Shown here one piece after another: positions 11,579 to 21,426 of a stretch of DNA of 64,000 nt. This DNA is from Vicinamibacteria bacterium. GTDB taxonomy: Bacteria > Acidobacteriota > Vicinamibacteria > Marinacidobacterales > Marinacidobacteraceae. The notes beneath the pieces are model-generated. The model ran no database searches. It was not told the DNA's origin and saw nothing but the letters and a program-made list of their open reading frames with translations. The DNA lies in the NCBI GenBank assembly GCA_965199715.1, contig OZ241322.1:544001-608000 (forward strand). Direction: 5' to 3'. A program made the translations under genes and the position numbers. Each line of letters begins with the position of its first letter. The first letter of the stretch is position 1.

Positions 11579-12834
11579 TCCGGAAGCTTCTCATCGGCGC
11601 TGCGGCGCTCGCATTGGCCGTCGTCCTCGTGTTCCTCAACGCGGAGCCCGCGGACGAGCGGCCCCGCGTGGAGGCCCGCACCGTCTCGCCCCGCGATTTC
11701 GTGGCCACGGTGGACGCCTCGGGGGTCGTCCGTCCCGGCGAGAGCGTGGACATCTCGGCCGAAGTCGTGGGCCGCCTCCTCGAGATCGCGGTCGGGCCCG
11801 GCGACGCGGTCGCGCCCGGTCACGTCGTCGCGCTGATCGACGACGCCACCCAGCGCGCGATCGTCGAGGAGCAGCGGGCCGTCGTCCGCGAGGCCGAGAC
11901 CGCGCTCGAAGGCGCCCGCATCGAGGAGGAAGACGCGCGGCGCGAGGCGGAGCGCGCCGCCCGGCTCCACGCCGAGGGCGTCGTGAGCGCCCGCGGCGTC
12001 GAAGAAGCCGAGGTCGCCCGCGACCGCGCCGCGAACGCCCGCAGCCGCGCCGGCCTGACCATCGAGCGGGCGCGCTCGGCGCTGCGCCGCGCCGAGGAGG
12101 ACCTGGCCAAGACCGTCGTCCGCTCTCCGATCCGGGGCACGGTCCTCGCGGTGGATCTGGAGCCGGGCGAGCTGGTCGTCGCGAGCAGCCAGAACCTTCC
12201 CGGGAGCAAGATCATGACTCTCGGCGGCGACGACGAGCTTCTCGTCGAGGCCGACGTCCCCGAAGTGGACGTGGTCCAGGTCGAGGAAGGTCAGACGGCG
12301 GAGATCACGCTCGCCGCGCTCGGGGACGCGACGCTTTCCGGCGAAGTGACCGAGATCCAGCGGGTCGGCCAGCGCGACGAGTCCGCCCGCCTCGGCGGCG
12401 CGTCTCCCGGGGCCGAGTTCCGGGCGCGCATCCGCCTTCTGGATCCGCCGGCGGCGGTGCGGCCCTCGATGAGCGCGCTGGCCCGCATCGAGACCGAGCG
12501 GCGGGCGGACGCGCTCGCGGTTCCCATCGGCGCGCTCGTCCGCCGCTTCCCCGAGTCCGCCGCGCCGACCCGCACCGTGGCCATCAGCGTCGGCGGAAGC
12601 GGCACGAACGTCTCGGGGAGCGCGACGCCGCAGGGCGCCGGCTGGCAGGTCGCCTTCGTCGTGAAGGACGGGCGGGTGGAGGAGCGCCGGGTCACGACTG
12701 GCCTTTCGGACCTGCTGGAGGTGGAGATCGTCGAGGGGCTGGCGGCCGGCGAGGACGTCGTGATCGGGCCGCCGCTCGTGCTGCGAACGCTCGAGGACGG
12801 GCTGGAGGTCGTCGCGGCGGGCGAGAGCCGGTGA
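11575..12834 (+). CDS. Efflux periplasmic adaptor (HlyD/MacA-like)
   Basis: ISAEVVGRL, VRSPIRGTV, GLSDLLEVEIVEGL; GTG at 11575 overlaps upstream TGA. Confidence 0.88.
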   Translation: MIRKLLIGAAALALAVVLVFLNAEPADERPRVEARTVSPRDFVATVDASGVVRPGESVDISAEVVGRLLEIAVGPGDAVAPGHVVALIDDATQRAIVEEQRAVVREAETALEGARIEEEDARREAERAARLHAEGVVSARGVEEAEVARDRAANARSRAGLTIERARSALRRAEEDLAKTVVRSPIRGTVLAVDLEPGELVVASSQNLPGSKIMTLGGDDELLVEADVPEVDVVQVEEGQTAEITLAALGDATLSGEVTEIQRVGQRDESARLGGASPGAEFRARIRLLDPPAAVRPSMSALARIETERRADALAVPIGALVRRFPESAAPTRTVAISVGGSGTNVSGSATPQGAGWQVAFVVKDGRVEERRVTTGLSDLLEVEIVEGLAAGEDVVIGPPLVLRTLEDGLEVVAAGESR

Positions 12835-14048
12835 TCCGCGAGAGCCTGCGGATGGGGTTCTCCTCCATCCGCCGCAACCCGCTCCGGTCGTTCCTGAGCA
12901 CGCTCGGGGTCGCGATCGGGATCGCGTCGGTGGTCGCCGTCGCGTCGGTCTCGGACGGGCTCTCCCAGTCGATCCGGGGCGAGTTCGGCGATCTGGGCGC
13001 CGAGTACATCACCGTCATGTGGAGCCCTCCCCGCGACGACGTGATCCGGCGGCGCTCCTTCCTGACGGTGGCCGACGGCGAGGCCGCGTTCCGCGAGGCC
13101 ACGGCCGTCGCGGCGTTCGATCCGGTGATGAAACTGCGGCCGACCGCCCGCCTCGACGAGGAGGAGCTGGAGATGGCCGTCGAGGGAGTGGGGCCGTCGC
13201 ACCTCGAGGTCGGGGGCAAGACGCTGGCGCGGGGCCGGTTCCTGAACCCGGGCGACATGAGCCGCCGCAGCCGCGCCGCGGTCGTGGGCGCGGGGGTCAT
13301 GGACGAGCTCGGCGGACCCGCAGACCCGGTGGGCGAGCGGGTGCTTCTGGACGGGGTCCTCTTCACGATCGTCGGCGAGCTCGCCCCGAAGGAGCGCGGC
13401 GCGTTCTCCATGGGCGGCGAGCCGGACGAAACGATCCTCGTCCCGGTCACGACCGCCGAGGACCGGTTCGGACGGGGACGCTCCACGCCGGTCCAGCTCC
13501 ACTTCCGCGCTCGCTCGCTCGAGGAGGTCGAACTCGCCGAGGAGCAGCTTCGCGAGGGGCTGCGCCGGGCGCGGGATCTGCCCGACCGGGCGGAGGACGA
13601 CTTCCAGATCCTCTCGCTGGACGCGCTCCTGAGTTCGGTCCGGGCCGCCGTGCTCGCGGTCGTGACCGTCGGCGTGGCGCTCGCCGCGATCAGCCTGCTG
13701 GCGGGCGGAATCGGCGTCATGAACGTGATGCTCGTGGTCGTACGCGAGCGCGGGCGCGAGATCGGGATCCGCAAGGCGATCGGCGCGAGCCACCAGCACC
13801 TCGTGCTCCAGTTCCTGGTCGAGGCGGTGCTGCTGTCGCTCTCGGGCGGCCTGCTCGGAGCCGCCATCGGGGCGATCCTGCGCCTGCTCGCGCCCGCGTT
13901 CGCCCCTTCCCTGCCCGTGGGCGCGCCGCCGCTCATGGCGTTCGCGGTGGCGTTCGTGTTCTCGGTGGCGGTGGGGGTGGTGTTCGGGATCTACCCGGCG
14001 GTGATCGCGGCGCGCCGCGAGCCGTGGTCGGCGCTGCGCTCGGACTGA
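12831..14048 (+). CDS. MacB/FtsX-type ABC permease
   Basis: RSFLSTLGVAIG, GGIGVMNVML, EIGIRKAIGA, FGIYPA. Confidence 0.92.
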   Translation: MIRESLRMGFSSIRRNPLRSFLSTLGVAIGIASVVAVASVSDGLSQSIRGEFGDLGAEYITVMWSPPRDDVIRRRSFLTVADGEAAFREATAVAAFDPVMKLRPTARLDEEELEMAVEGVGPSHLEVGGKTLARGRFLNPGDMSRRSRAAVVGAGVMDELGGPADPVGERVLLDGVLFTIVGELAPKERGAFSMGGEPDETILVPVTTAEDRFGRGRSTPVQLHFRARSLEEVELAEEQLREGLRRARDLPDRAEDDFQILSLDALLSSVRAAVLAVVTVGVALAAISLLAGGIGVMNVMLVVVRERGREIGIRKAIGASHQHLVLQFLVEAVLLSLSGGLLGAAIGAILRLLAPAFAPSLPVGAPPLMAFAVAFVFSVAVGVVFGIYPAVIAARREPWSALRSD

Positions 14049-14141
14049 CTTCCCCCGGCTCGAGCGGGGCTCCCCGCCGGAATTCGTCGGTCTCCAGCGC
14101 CGGCGCCTCGACGTCCACGCCGCGCGCGGCCGGCGACTCCG

Positions 14142-14435
14142 TCAGCCGCGAACTTCCGACGAACTGGAGAGGCGCGGAAACGAGTCCTTCCGCATCTGGC
14201 GCGCGTCGCGCCGCCAGGCGTCGAAGTGCACGCCGCGGGCCGCCATCGAGTCCTAGCGCTCGTTGAGCGCTTGCATGCGTCGCTCCCGGCGGGACGGCTG
14301 CCGGAACGAGGCGGATCGAATCGCCCTCCGTACGGCTTCGACCTTCGGAACGTTCCAGCGCCGCGCGAGCCGTTCGATCTCCTCGGCGGTCGCCAAGTCC
14401 AGCGAGAACGTCATCTTGACGGCAGGTTGGGCCAT
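14142..14435 (-). pseudogene. RHH antitoxin interrupted by in-frame TAG; no toxin downstream
   Basis: MAQPAVKMTFSLD...KVEAVRRAI; TAG at 14253-14255, frame continues DSMAARGVHFDAWRRDARQMRK to TGA at 14142. Confidence 0.6.
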
Positions 14436-14460
14436 GCCGTCACCGTAGAGTTTCGACGGG

Positions 14461-15796
14461 CTACTCTGGCGCGGTCCACGCCGGCCCCCGCAGCGACCGG
14501 CCCGGGAGCGCCCGGGTGTACTCCCCCTCGTCCACGACCGGGACGCCGTTGACCAGGACGTAGCGCATCCCAACGGAGTAGTGGAACGGATCCTCGAAGG
14601 TCGCCACGCCCCGGATCGTCTCTGGATCGAAGATCGCGAGATCGGCGAAGTGGCCTTCCTCGACCGTCCCGCGGTCCTCGAGCCGGAGGATCTCGGCGGG
14701 CAGGCCGCTGAGCCTCCGGATCGCCTCCTCCCAGGTCAGCAGGCCCTCGTCGCGGACGTAGGTTCCGAGCAGGCGCGGCACGGTTCCGAGGTGGCGCGGG
14801 TGCACCAACGGCGGGAGGTTCTCCGAATCCAGGTCGAGGGCCCCGCCGTCGGTTCCCCCGGCCACATACGGCGGCGCGAGCACGTGCCGGAGGGTGTCCT
14901 CCTCGTTGTTCCAGTCGATGACGACGCCCCGGCCCTCCTGCTCCAGCACCACGTCCATGAAGACCTCCTCCGGCGGCTGGCTGCGGATCTCGGAGACCTC
15001 CTCGACCAGCTTCCCGTTGACCTCGGGGTCGTCCACCCCGAGCCGGACCCGATGCCAGCCGATGTTGGCGAGGTAGGGCGGCTCGGTCACGAAGTCGCCG
15101 GCGATGCGCTCGCGCTCCGCCGGATCGCCGAGATGCGCCAGCATCGCCTCCGTTCCGCCCTCCTGCGCCCACGCCGGGATGTAGCTGGCGAGTCCGGTGA
15201 TGCCCCAAGTGTAGGTGTAGCTGTCGCCGGTGATCTCCACGCCTCGGGCGCGGGCCTCGTCGATGATCCCGAGGAAGACGTCGGCTTCGGTCGAGGAGGT
15301 CGAGTTGAGGTGGAAGAAGTGGATGCGGGCGCCGGCGGCCTCACCGATCGCGGGCGCCGGCGACCTCACCGATCGCGAGCGCCTCGCGGATGGCCTCGGG
15401 GTCGGTCCCGTTCATCGTGCGGGCGTGGTTCGCGAAGAGCCCGCCCATCGCCGCCGCCTCGCCCGCGATCGCCGCGAGCTCCTCGGTGGACATGTAGATG
15501 TTGGGCACGTAGCTCAGACCCGCCGAGACCCCGAAGGCTCCTTCCTCCATCGCCTCCCGCGTGAGCCGCAGCATCTTGTCCATCTCGCCGTCGGTGGGCG
15601 GGCGGGCCTCGTAGCCCATGACGTACGCCCGGACCGCGCCCGACCCTACGTAGGACGCGACGTTGATCGCGGTTCCGGTCCGCTCCACGTAGTCGAGAAA
15701 ACCGCCGAGCGTGTCCCACTGGTCCCCCACGATCCCCACGTCCGCGACGACTCCCGGCGCGCCGCGCCCGTCGAAGACCGTGCCGCCCCGGATCAC
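14461..15796 (-). pseudogene. N-acyl-D-amino-acid deacylase pseudogene
   Basis: VIRGGTVFDG...ADVGI N-terminus joined directly to WDTLGGFL; HPRHLGTVPR and ADLAIFDP C-terminus; frameshift at a 25-bp duplication. Confidence 0.85.
15325..15374. repeat. 25-bp tandem duplication (1 mismatch)
   Basis: gcgggcgccggcggcctcaccgatc / gcgggcgccggcgacctcaccgatc. Confidence 0.9.
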
Positions 15797-15801
15797 CGCC
15801 G

Positions 15802-16176
15802 GAGGACCGTGCCTTCTGGGAGAAAAAGGCCTCGAAGGCGACACTCGCCTTGGCCGATGAGATGCTGAAGCCATTCCACGAGATCAATCGAGACTTGAAG
15901 CTGAGGTACACCAAGCAATATCTCGGTATGGAGCTGCGCGGGGCCGCATACAACTTTGTCGGTCTTGTACCGCAGAAAACCAATCTGGTCTTGCGATTTC
16001 GTCACCCTAAGGACGCCGACCTCGACCAGCGGCTCGCGGCGGAAGATCTGGAAACCTCCGCATACAACAAGCCCTGGGAGTACGGCATCAGCCTGACGCC
16101 GAACCAGTTTCGGGAGAAGAGAGCGCTGGTGAAGGATCTCGGGAGGTTGGCGTACGAGTACTACACCAAAGGCTGA
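15802..16176 (+). pseudogene. Lower-GC C-terminal fragment of a hypothetical (DUF5655-like) protein
   Basis: EDRAFWEKKASKATLALADEML...LKLRYTKQYLG...YNFV; no N-terminal part; abuts the deacylase remnant head-to-head. Confidence 0.45.
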
Positions 16177-16243
16177 CATCGGGGGTCCGACGCACGCTTT
16201 GGCTTTGCGCTCACGTCCGGCCCCCCGACTAGGATCGGGCGAC

Positions 16244-16612
16244 TCACTCCTCCTCCAGCGCCGCGCGCCGGAACAGCCACCCCGACCCGGCCCAGAAACC
16301 CGCGAAAACGTGGTTCGAGATCAGGATCTCCGGGATCGAACTCACCGGGACGAGGTGCTTGCCGATCATCAGCCCGTACCAGGCCACGAGGATCTGCGCG
16401 AACGCCGCCGCGAAGAGCGCGTAGGCGGTTCCCCGTGACCGGAACCGCGCCAGGGCTGATCCGACGAGCGCGGTGGCGATGACCCCGAAGTAGATGCGGT
16501 CGAAGGGATCGCCCTCGACGCCGATGAGGCCCACGGCCCCGATCACGACGAGCAGCAGGAGCCCGGTCGCGAACGCGGCCGCCGCGCCGAGACGGCGGGT
16601 TCGGACGGCCAC
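16244..16612 (-). CDS. Small membrane protein
   Basis: Hydrophobic helices, GAVGLIGVEGDP, WLFRRAA; adjacent to upstream gene. Confidence 0.65.
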   Translation of the reverse strand: MAVRTRRLGAAAAFATGLLLLVVIGAVGLIGVEGDPFDRIYFGVIATALVGSALARFRSRGTAYALFAAAFAQILVAWYGLMIGKHLVPVSSIPEILISNHVFAGFWAGSGWLFRRAALEEE

Positions 16613-17959
16613 CTACCGGAACCCGAAGATCAGCGGGAACAGCGTAGCGACGACCGCGCCCCACCCGGCGTAGACCAGCAGATACCCCATCTGCCAACGC
16701 TCGAGCGCCCCGAATCCCCTGCCCGAGTGCAGGAAGCGGGCGTAGAACCCCGCCGATCCGGCGAGGCTCACGAGCAGCACGAGGTTCTCCCCGAGCGCCG
16801 CGACTCGGTTCGGCGTGAATCCGAATTCGCCGATGCGTCCGAGGATCGCGCCGAGCGCGAGGAGGTCGGCGGCCAGCGCGGCGACTGCGAGCAGCAGCGC
16901 GAGCGCGTCGAACAGGCCGGGCGGCGCGGCCGGATCGCGGGCCGAGACGTTGTAGAGGATCAGGCCCGCCACGAGCACCAGCACCGCGTCGAACAGGATG
17001 AGCACCTCGCGCTCGATCCCGACCGGGTTGCCGGTGAGGAGACCGGTCGCGAGGAACGCGAGCAGCGCGAGCGTGAACAGCGGCGTGAAGATGCGGGCCA
17101 GCACCGGGGCCATGTTCTCGACGACGCTCTTCTTCATTTCGACGAGGCCCGAAGCGACGACGATCGCGCCGGCGACTCCGCACGGGACGATCCAGTTGCC
17201 GATGAGCCACTCGGCGTCCACGCCGATGGCCTCGAAGCTGAGCACGGTGACCGCGGTGAACACCATGCCGCCGAGCCCGATGAGCACGAGGTAGATGAAG
17301 AGTTCGCCCGAGAAGCGGACGAAATCCATGCGGGCGCCGCCGGCGAACCAGCGCCCGCCGGCGTAGGCGATCCCGACGAGCAGCCACGCGGCGATGGGAG
17401 CGTGGAAGACGAACAGCACCTCGGTGTCGCCGCCCGGCTGGAACGGCCAGAGGTTCGCGGCGAGCGCCACGAGCGCGAACCCGCCGCCCAGAAGCAGGAT
17501 CGTCCGCCGGCTCAGCTCCCGCTTCCACGCGAGGAACGCGGCGACCCCGGGAAACAGGAACAGGCTCATGTTCCGGGCGTAGAAGTGCCCGCCCGCGTCG
17601 TCGAAGCCAAGGCCGAAGAGGCTCGGGAGCTTGATGAGCGCCGCCGCGAGCACGGCGATCCCGAGGGCGACGAGGGGCTCCCGTCCCGCCGCCTCGGCGG
17701 GCGGCGGCGAGACGAGCTGTTTCCACAGCCGCTCCGAGTGCTCCCGGGCGAACTCACGGGAGATTTCGTCAAGGGCGCCCATCCGCTTGATGGCCACGAG
17801 GAACGCCTCGTCGGGCGTAAGGCCGGCTTCGGTGAGTGCCGCGATGCGCTCCCGCAGGTGCCCCTCCAGCTCCTCGGCGTCCGGGCCGCTGACCGCCGGG
17901 CGCCGCCGGAGGAAATCCCGCCAGCGGGCGATCAGCTCTTCGACCGGCGGGGCGTTCAT
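16613..17959 (-). CDS. Membrane protein with 'permease prefix domain 1'
   Basis: ELEGHLRE...DEAFLVAIKRMG N-terminus, many TM segments, TPNRVAALGEN; ATGA-coupled to PadR. Confidence 0.8.
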   Translation of the reverse strand: MNAPPVEELIARWRDFLRRRPAVSGPDAEELEGHLRERIAALTEAGLTPDEAFLVAIKRMGALDEISREFAREHSERLWKQLVSPPPAEAAGREPLVALGIAVLAAALIKLPSLFGLGFDDAGGHFYARNMSLFLFPGVAAFLAWKRELSRRTILLLGGGFALVALAANLWPFQPGGDTEVLFVFHAPIAAWLLVGIAYAGGRWFAGGARMDFVRFSGELFIYLVLIGLGGMVFTAVTVLSFEAIGVDAEWLIGNWIVPCGVAGAIVVASGLVEMKKSVVENMAPVLARIFTPLFTLALLAFLATGLLTGNPVGIEREVLILFDAVLVLVAGLILYNVSARDPAAPPGLFDALALLLAVAALAADLLALGAILGRIGEFGFTPNRVAALGENLVLLVSLAGSAGFYARFLHSGRGFGALERWQMGYLLVYAGWGAVVATLFPLIFGFR

Positions 17960-18303
17960 GCGGGCACCGCCGACATTTCCGACCAGAGGCCCCGCAGCGT
18001 GTCCTCGACGATACGCCACTGGCGGCGTTGGGCCGCGAGCTGGGTCCGCCCGGACGGCGTGATCCGGTAGTACTTGCGCCGCCGTCCGCTCTCCGTTCTT
18101 TCCCAGCGGGCGGTCACGTGGCCCAGGCGTTCGAGCCGATGCAGGATCGGATACAGCATGCCGTCGGTCCACTGCAGCTCGCCGCCGGAGAGTTCGGCGA
18201 CGCGCTTCAGGATCGCGTAGCCGTAGCTGTCCGCCTCGGCGAGGATCGAGAGCACGAGGGGCGTGGCGGAAGCCGCCACGAGGTCCTTGCCGATGCCGTT
18301 CAT
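17956..18303 (-). CDS. PadR-family transcriptional regulator
   Basis: SYGYAI, GMLYPILHRLE, RRRKYYRIT. Confidence 0.93.
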   Translation of the reverse strand: MNGIGKDLVAASATPLVLSILAEADSYGYAILKRVAELSGGELQWTDGMLYPILHRLERLGHVTARWERTESGRRRKYYRITPSGRTQLAAQRRQWRIVEDTLRGLWSEMSAVPA

Positions 18304-18338
18304 ACCTAGAGGCATTATGCGTCACGCCTCTAGGTATG
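18301..18338. promoter_or_regulatory. Perfect 13-bp inverted repeat, probable PadR operator
   Basis: CATACCTAGAGGC-N12-GCCTCTAGGTATG overlapping the padR start codon. Confidence 0.7.
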
Positions 18339-18866
18339 TCAACCTCCCGAGTAGAACTTCGCGGTGCGGGCCGCCGCCTGGGCGGCCGCTTCGGGGTCCG
18401 CCCCGCCCTCCACCGCCGCCTGCTCCCATCCGGTGGCGCTCTCGTGGATGTCGGTCGGCGCCAACGACTCCCCGAAGTGCACGGCCAGTTCCCGGAACGA
18501 CATCTCCCAGCCCACGCCGGTCGCGGCCGGCCCGTACCGGTCCCAGTGCTCGGACGGGTTCGAGGCGTGGGTCAGCGTCAACCGGGAATCCGGCCCGATC
18601 TTCACCTCCACCCAGCTCACGTCGCCGCCGAACTCCCACGTGAGCGAAAGGCGCGACGGCGGCTCGCACCGGGTGATCCGCCCGCCCGCATTGCCCTCAA
18701 GCTGGAAGCGCCCGCCTTCCTCGAGGCGGACCGGCAGGAACCAGCGAGCGAGCCGCTCCGGGCGCGTGAGCGCGTCCCAGATGTCCTCCGGCGAACCCGA
18801 GAAGCACCGCGACAGCGTGACGAAGTGCCGCGCCCCGAGCGTGACCGAGCGCGTGAGCTCAGGCAT
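18339..18866 (-). CDS. SRPBCC/AHSA1-family protein
   Basis: WDALTRPERLARWF, GRFQLEGNAGG, GPAATGVGWE. Confidence 0.85.
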   Translation of the reverse strand: MPELTRSVTLGARHFVTLSRCFSGSPEDIWDALTRPERLARWFLPVRLEEGGRFQLEGNAGGRITRCEPPSRLSLTWEFGGDVSWVEVKIGPDSRLTLTHASNPSEHWDRYGPAATGVGWEMSFRELAVHFGESLAPTDIHESATGWEQAAVEGGADPEAAAQAAARTAKFYSGG

Positions 18867-19815
18867 CGCCGGCGAGCTTCACCGCCTCGGGCACCGGGCG
18901 CAGATCGCGGACGAGGCCGAGCCACGACATGACGACGAGCGCGTAGTAAGTCGGGTCGAGCTCCCACCAGAAGAACCCCTGCCGGGTCGCCGCGGGGTAT
19001 CGGTGGTGGTTGTTGTGCCAGCCCTCGCCGAGCGTCAGCAGCGCGAGAACGAGGCTGTTGCGGCTGTCGTCGCGGGTCTTGTAGCGCTGGCGGCCCATCC
19101 GGTGCGCCGCCGAGTTGATGAGCGAGGTCGCGTGGAAGAGCGCCACCGTCGAGATGAAGAAACCCCAGACCAGCATCTGCGGCCCGGTGGTTTCGACCCC
19201 GGCGGCTCCGAGCGCCGATCCGAGCGCGTAGAGGCCCCCCGCGAGCGCCAGCGGAACCGCGGTGTCGAAGCGGTCGAGCAGGCGCAGTTCCGGATAGCGG
19301 GCGAGGTCCGACACGACGTCCAGCCGGGTCGGGAAGTTGGCCGGCGCGGTGATCCAGCCCATGTGGCTCCACAAGAAGCCGTGCTGGCGCGGCGAGTGGA
19401 CATCCTTCGGGCCGTCGGAATAGCGGTGATGGAGCCGGTGGTGCGCCGCCCACCACAGCGGCCCGCGCTGGACCGCCGACGCGCCGAGCACGGCGAACGC
19501 GAACTGCCCGACGCGCGACGTCCGGTACGTCATGTGCGAGAAGTACCGGTGGTAGAACCCGGTGATCGCGAACGCCCGGATCCAGTAGAGCGCGAGCGCG
19601 ACCCCCACCGCGGCCCAGCTCCAGCCCACGAGGATCGGGCCGAGGCACGCCACGTGAACCGCGATGAAGGGAAGGACGCGGGTCCACTCCACGCGCATCG
19701 CGCGCTCGCCGGAGATAGGCTCGTAGGACCAACTGTCGAACCAGACGGTGGCGATCCGCAGGAAGGACGCGGCCGCGCTCAGGAAACCGCTCGCAGGTTC
19801 GTCATCGGTGCGCAA
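18859..19815 (-). CDS. Acyl-CoA (delta-9-type) fatty acid desaturase; start uncertain
   Basis: His boxes HRYFSH, HHRLHH, WHNNHH. Confidence 0.92.
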   Translation of the reverse strand: MRTDDEPASGFLSAAASFLRIATVWFDSWSYEPISGERAMRVEWTRVLPFIAVHVACLGPILVGWSWAAVGVALALYWIRAFAITGFYHRYFSHMTYRTSRVGQFAFAVLGASAVQRGPLWWAAHHRLHHRYSDGPKDVHSPRQHGFLWSHMGWITAPANFPTRLDVVSDLARYPELRLLDRFDTAVPLALAGGLYALGSALGAAGVETTGPQMLVWGFFISTVALFHATSLINSAAHRMGRQRYKTRDDSRNSLVLALLTLGEGWHNNHHRYPAATRQGFFWWELDPTYYALVVMSWLGLVRDLRPVPEAVKLAGDA

Positions 19816-19825
19816 CTATACGCCC

Positions 19826-20590
19826 ATGAACGCCGCGCTGGCCGGGCTCTTAGCCGTTTTCGGCCTCGCGTTCTCGCTGTGGCTGCTCAGCCTCGCGAAG
19901 CGGGACGCCTCCATCGTGGACATTTTCTGGGGCCTCGGGTTCGCGGCGCTCGCGTGGCTCTACCACGAGCGGACCGGCGCGGAGTCATTCCGCGCGGTCC
20001 TCGTCCCGGCGCTCGTCACGCTGTGGGGCGTCCGCCTGGCGGCGCACATCGGGCTGCGCCACCGCGGCGAGGACCCGCGCTACCAGGCGATGCGGCGGAA
20101 GTGGGGAGCGCGTTTCGGGGCGGTCTCGCTGTTCACCGTGTTCTGGCTGCAAGCGGCGATCATGTGGATCGTCGCGATGCCGCTGCTCCAGGCGCAGCTC
20201 GCCGACGCCCCGTGGTCGCGGCTCGACTGGCTCGGAACCGCGCTCTTCGCCGGGGGCTTCCTTGTCGAGGCGACCGCGGATCTCCAGCTCCGCAGGTTCC
20301 GCGCCGACCCGGCGAACCGGGGCCGCGTGATGGAGGGCGGCCTGTGGCGGTACTCCCGGCATCCCAACTACTTCGGGGACGCGGTCGCGTGGTGGGGCCT
20401 CGGCTGCCTCGCGCTCGCGACGCCGGGCGGAGCGTGGACCCTCTTCGCACCCGCGATCATGACGTTCCTGCTGCTGCGCGTGTCGGGGGTCCCGCTGCTC
20501 GAAAAGGGCCTCCGGGCGAGCCGCCCCGGTTACGCCGAATACGCCCGGCGCACGAGCGCCTTCGTCCCGTGGCCGCCCCGCCCCGCCTGA
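19826..20590 (+). CDS. DUF1295 / steroid 5-alpha-reductase-like membrane protein
   Basis: SIVDIFWG, EDPRY, GLWRYSRHPNYFG. Confidence 0.9.
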   Translation: MNAALAGLLAVFGLAFSLWLLSLAKRDASIVDIFWGLGFAALAWLYHERTGAESFRAVLVPALVTLWGVRLAAHIGLRHRGEDPRYQAMRRKWGARFGAVSLFTVFWLQAAIMWIVAMPLLQAQLADAPWSRLDWLGTALFAGGFLVEATADLQLRRFRADPANRGRVMEGGLWRYSRHPNYFGDAVAWWGLGCLALATPGGAWTLFAPAIMTFLLLRVSGVPLLEKGLRASRPGYAEYARRTSAFVPWPPRPA

Positions 20591-21426
20591 TGCTCCGCTT
20601 CGCGATCCTGCTGCTCGCTCCGGCGTGCGCCGCGCCCCCGGCGGCCCCGCCCGCCCCCGAGGGGGTCGAGCGGAGCGTCTGGATCGGCCGCGCGAACGGA
20701 GAAGTCCTCTACGCCGAGGCGGCCGACGTTCCCCGCCCCGCCGCCAGCTCCATCAAGGTCTCCTATCTCGTTGAGCTCTTCGCCGAACTCGAGGGCGCGC
20801 TGGACCGGCCGGTTCCCGGCGCCGCGGCGATCGTGGGGGACCCGGCGCATCCGGCGATCGCGCACTTCGATCCCGAGACGCAGGCCGAGATCCGGGACGC
20901 GCTCGAAACCGCCGACGTCCGGACCGTGGGCCGGCGCATGATCCGGGGGACCGGCGTCTCGAACGCCGTGTACAACGCCGCGGCGAACCTGACCACGGCG
21001 TTCCTCGGGGGGCCGGCGGCGCTCACCGAGCGCATCCACGCCCGCCACCCCGACTTCGCCGGAATCCGCTCTCGCCGCTACATGCTCGCGGCGCGGAACG
21101 TCACCGGCGACAACACGGCGACCGCCGAGTCGCTCGCGGCCGTGCTCGCCGCAATCGCCCGCGACGACTTCCCGGGCGCGTCCGAGCTGCGGGAGGTCCT
21201 GTTCCTCGAGGACACGCCCCGGGGGCGGCACTTCTACAAGGGCGGCTCGCTGAACAGCCTCCCGGTGACGCGGGTGCTCTCCGGATTCTTCGAGCGGGCC
21301 GGGGAACGGGCGGGCGCGCAGCTCGTCTATGCATTCATGGGCGAGATCGCAGAGGTCCCAGATCCGGGTGCGGCCGGGGCCGCGCTCCAGCGGCATCTCG
21401 AAGAGCTGGCCGAGGCGCTTCCGTGA
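20590..21426 (+). CDS. Class A beta-lactamase-related serine hydrolase
   Basis: AASSIK (SxxK), NTATA, YKGG; signal peptide; start overlaps upstream stop. Confidence 0.7.
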   Translation: MLRFAILLLAPACAAPPAAPPAPEGVERSVWIGRANGEVLYAEAADVPRPAASSIKVSYLVELFAELEGALDRPVPGAAAIVGDPAHPAIAHFDPETQAEIRDALETADVRTVGRRMIRGTGVSNAVYNAAANLTTAFLGGPAALTERIHARHPDFAGIRSRRYMLAARNVTGDNTATAESLAAVLAAIARDDFPGASELREVLFLEDTPRGRHFYKGGSLNSLPVTRVLSGFFERAGERAGAQLVYAFMGEIAEVPDPGAAGAALQRHLEELAEALP

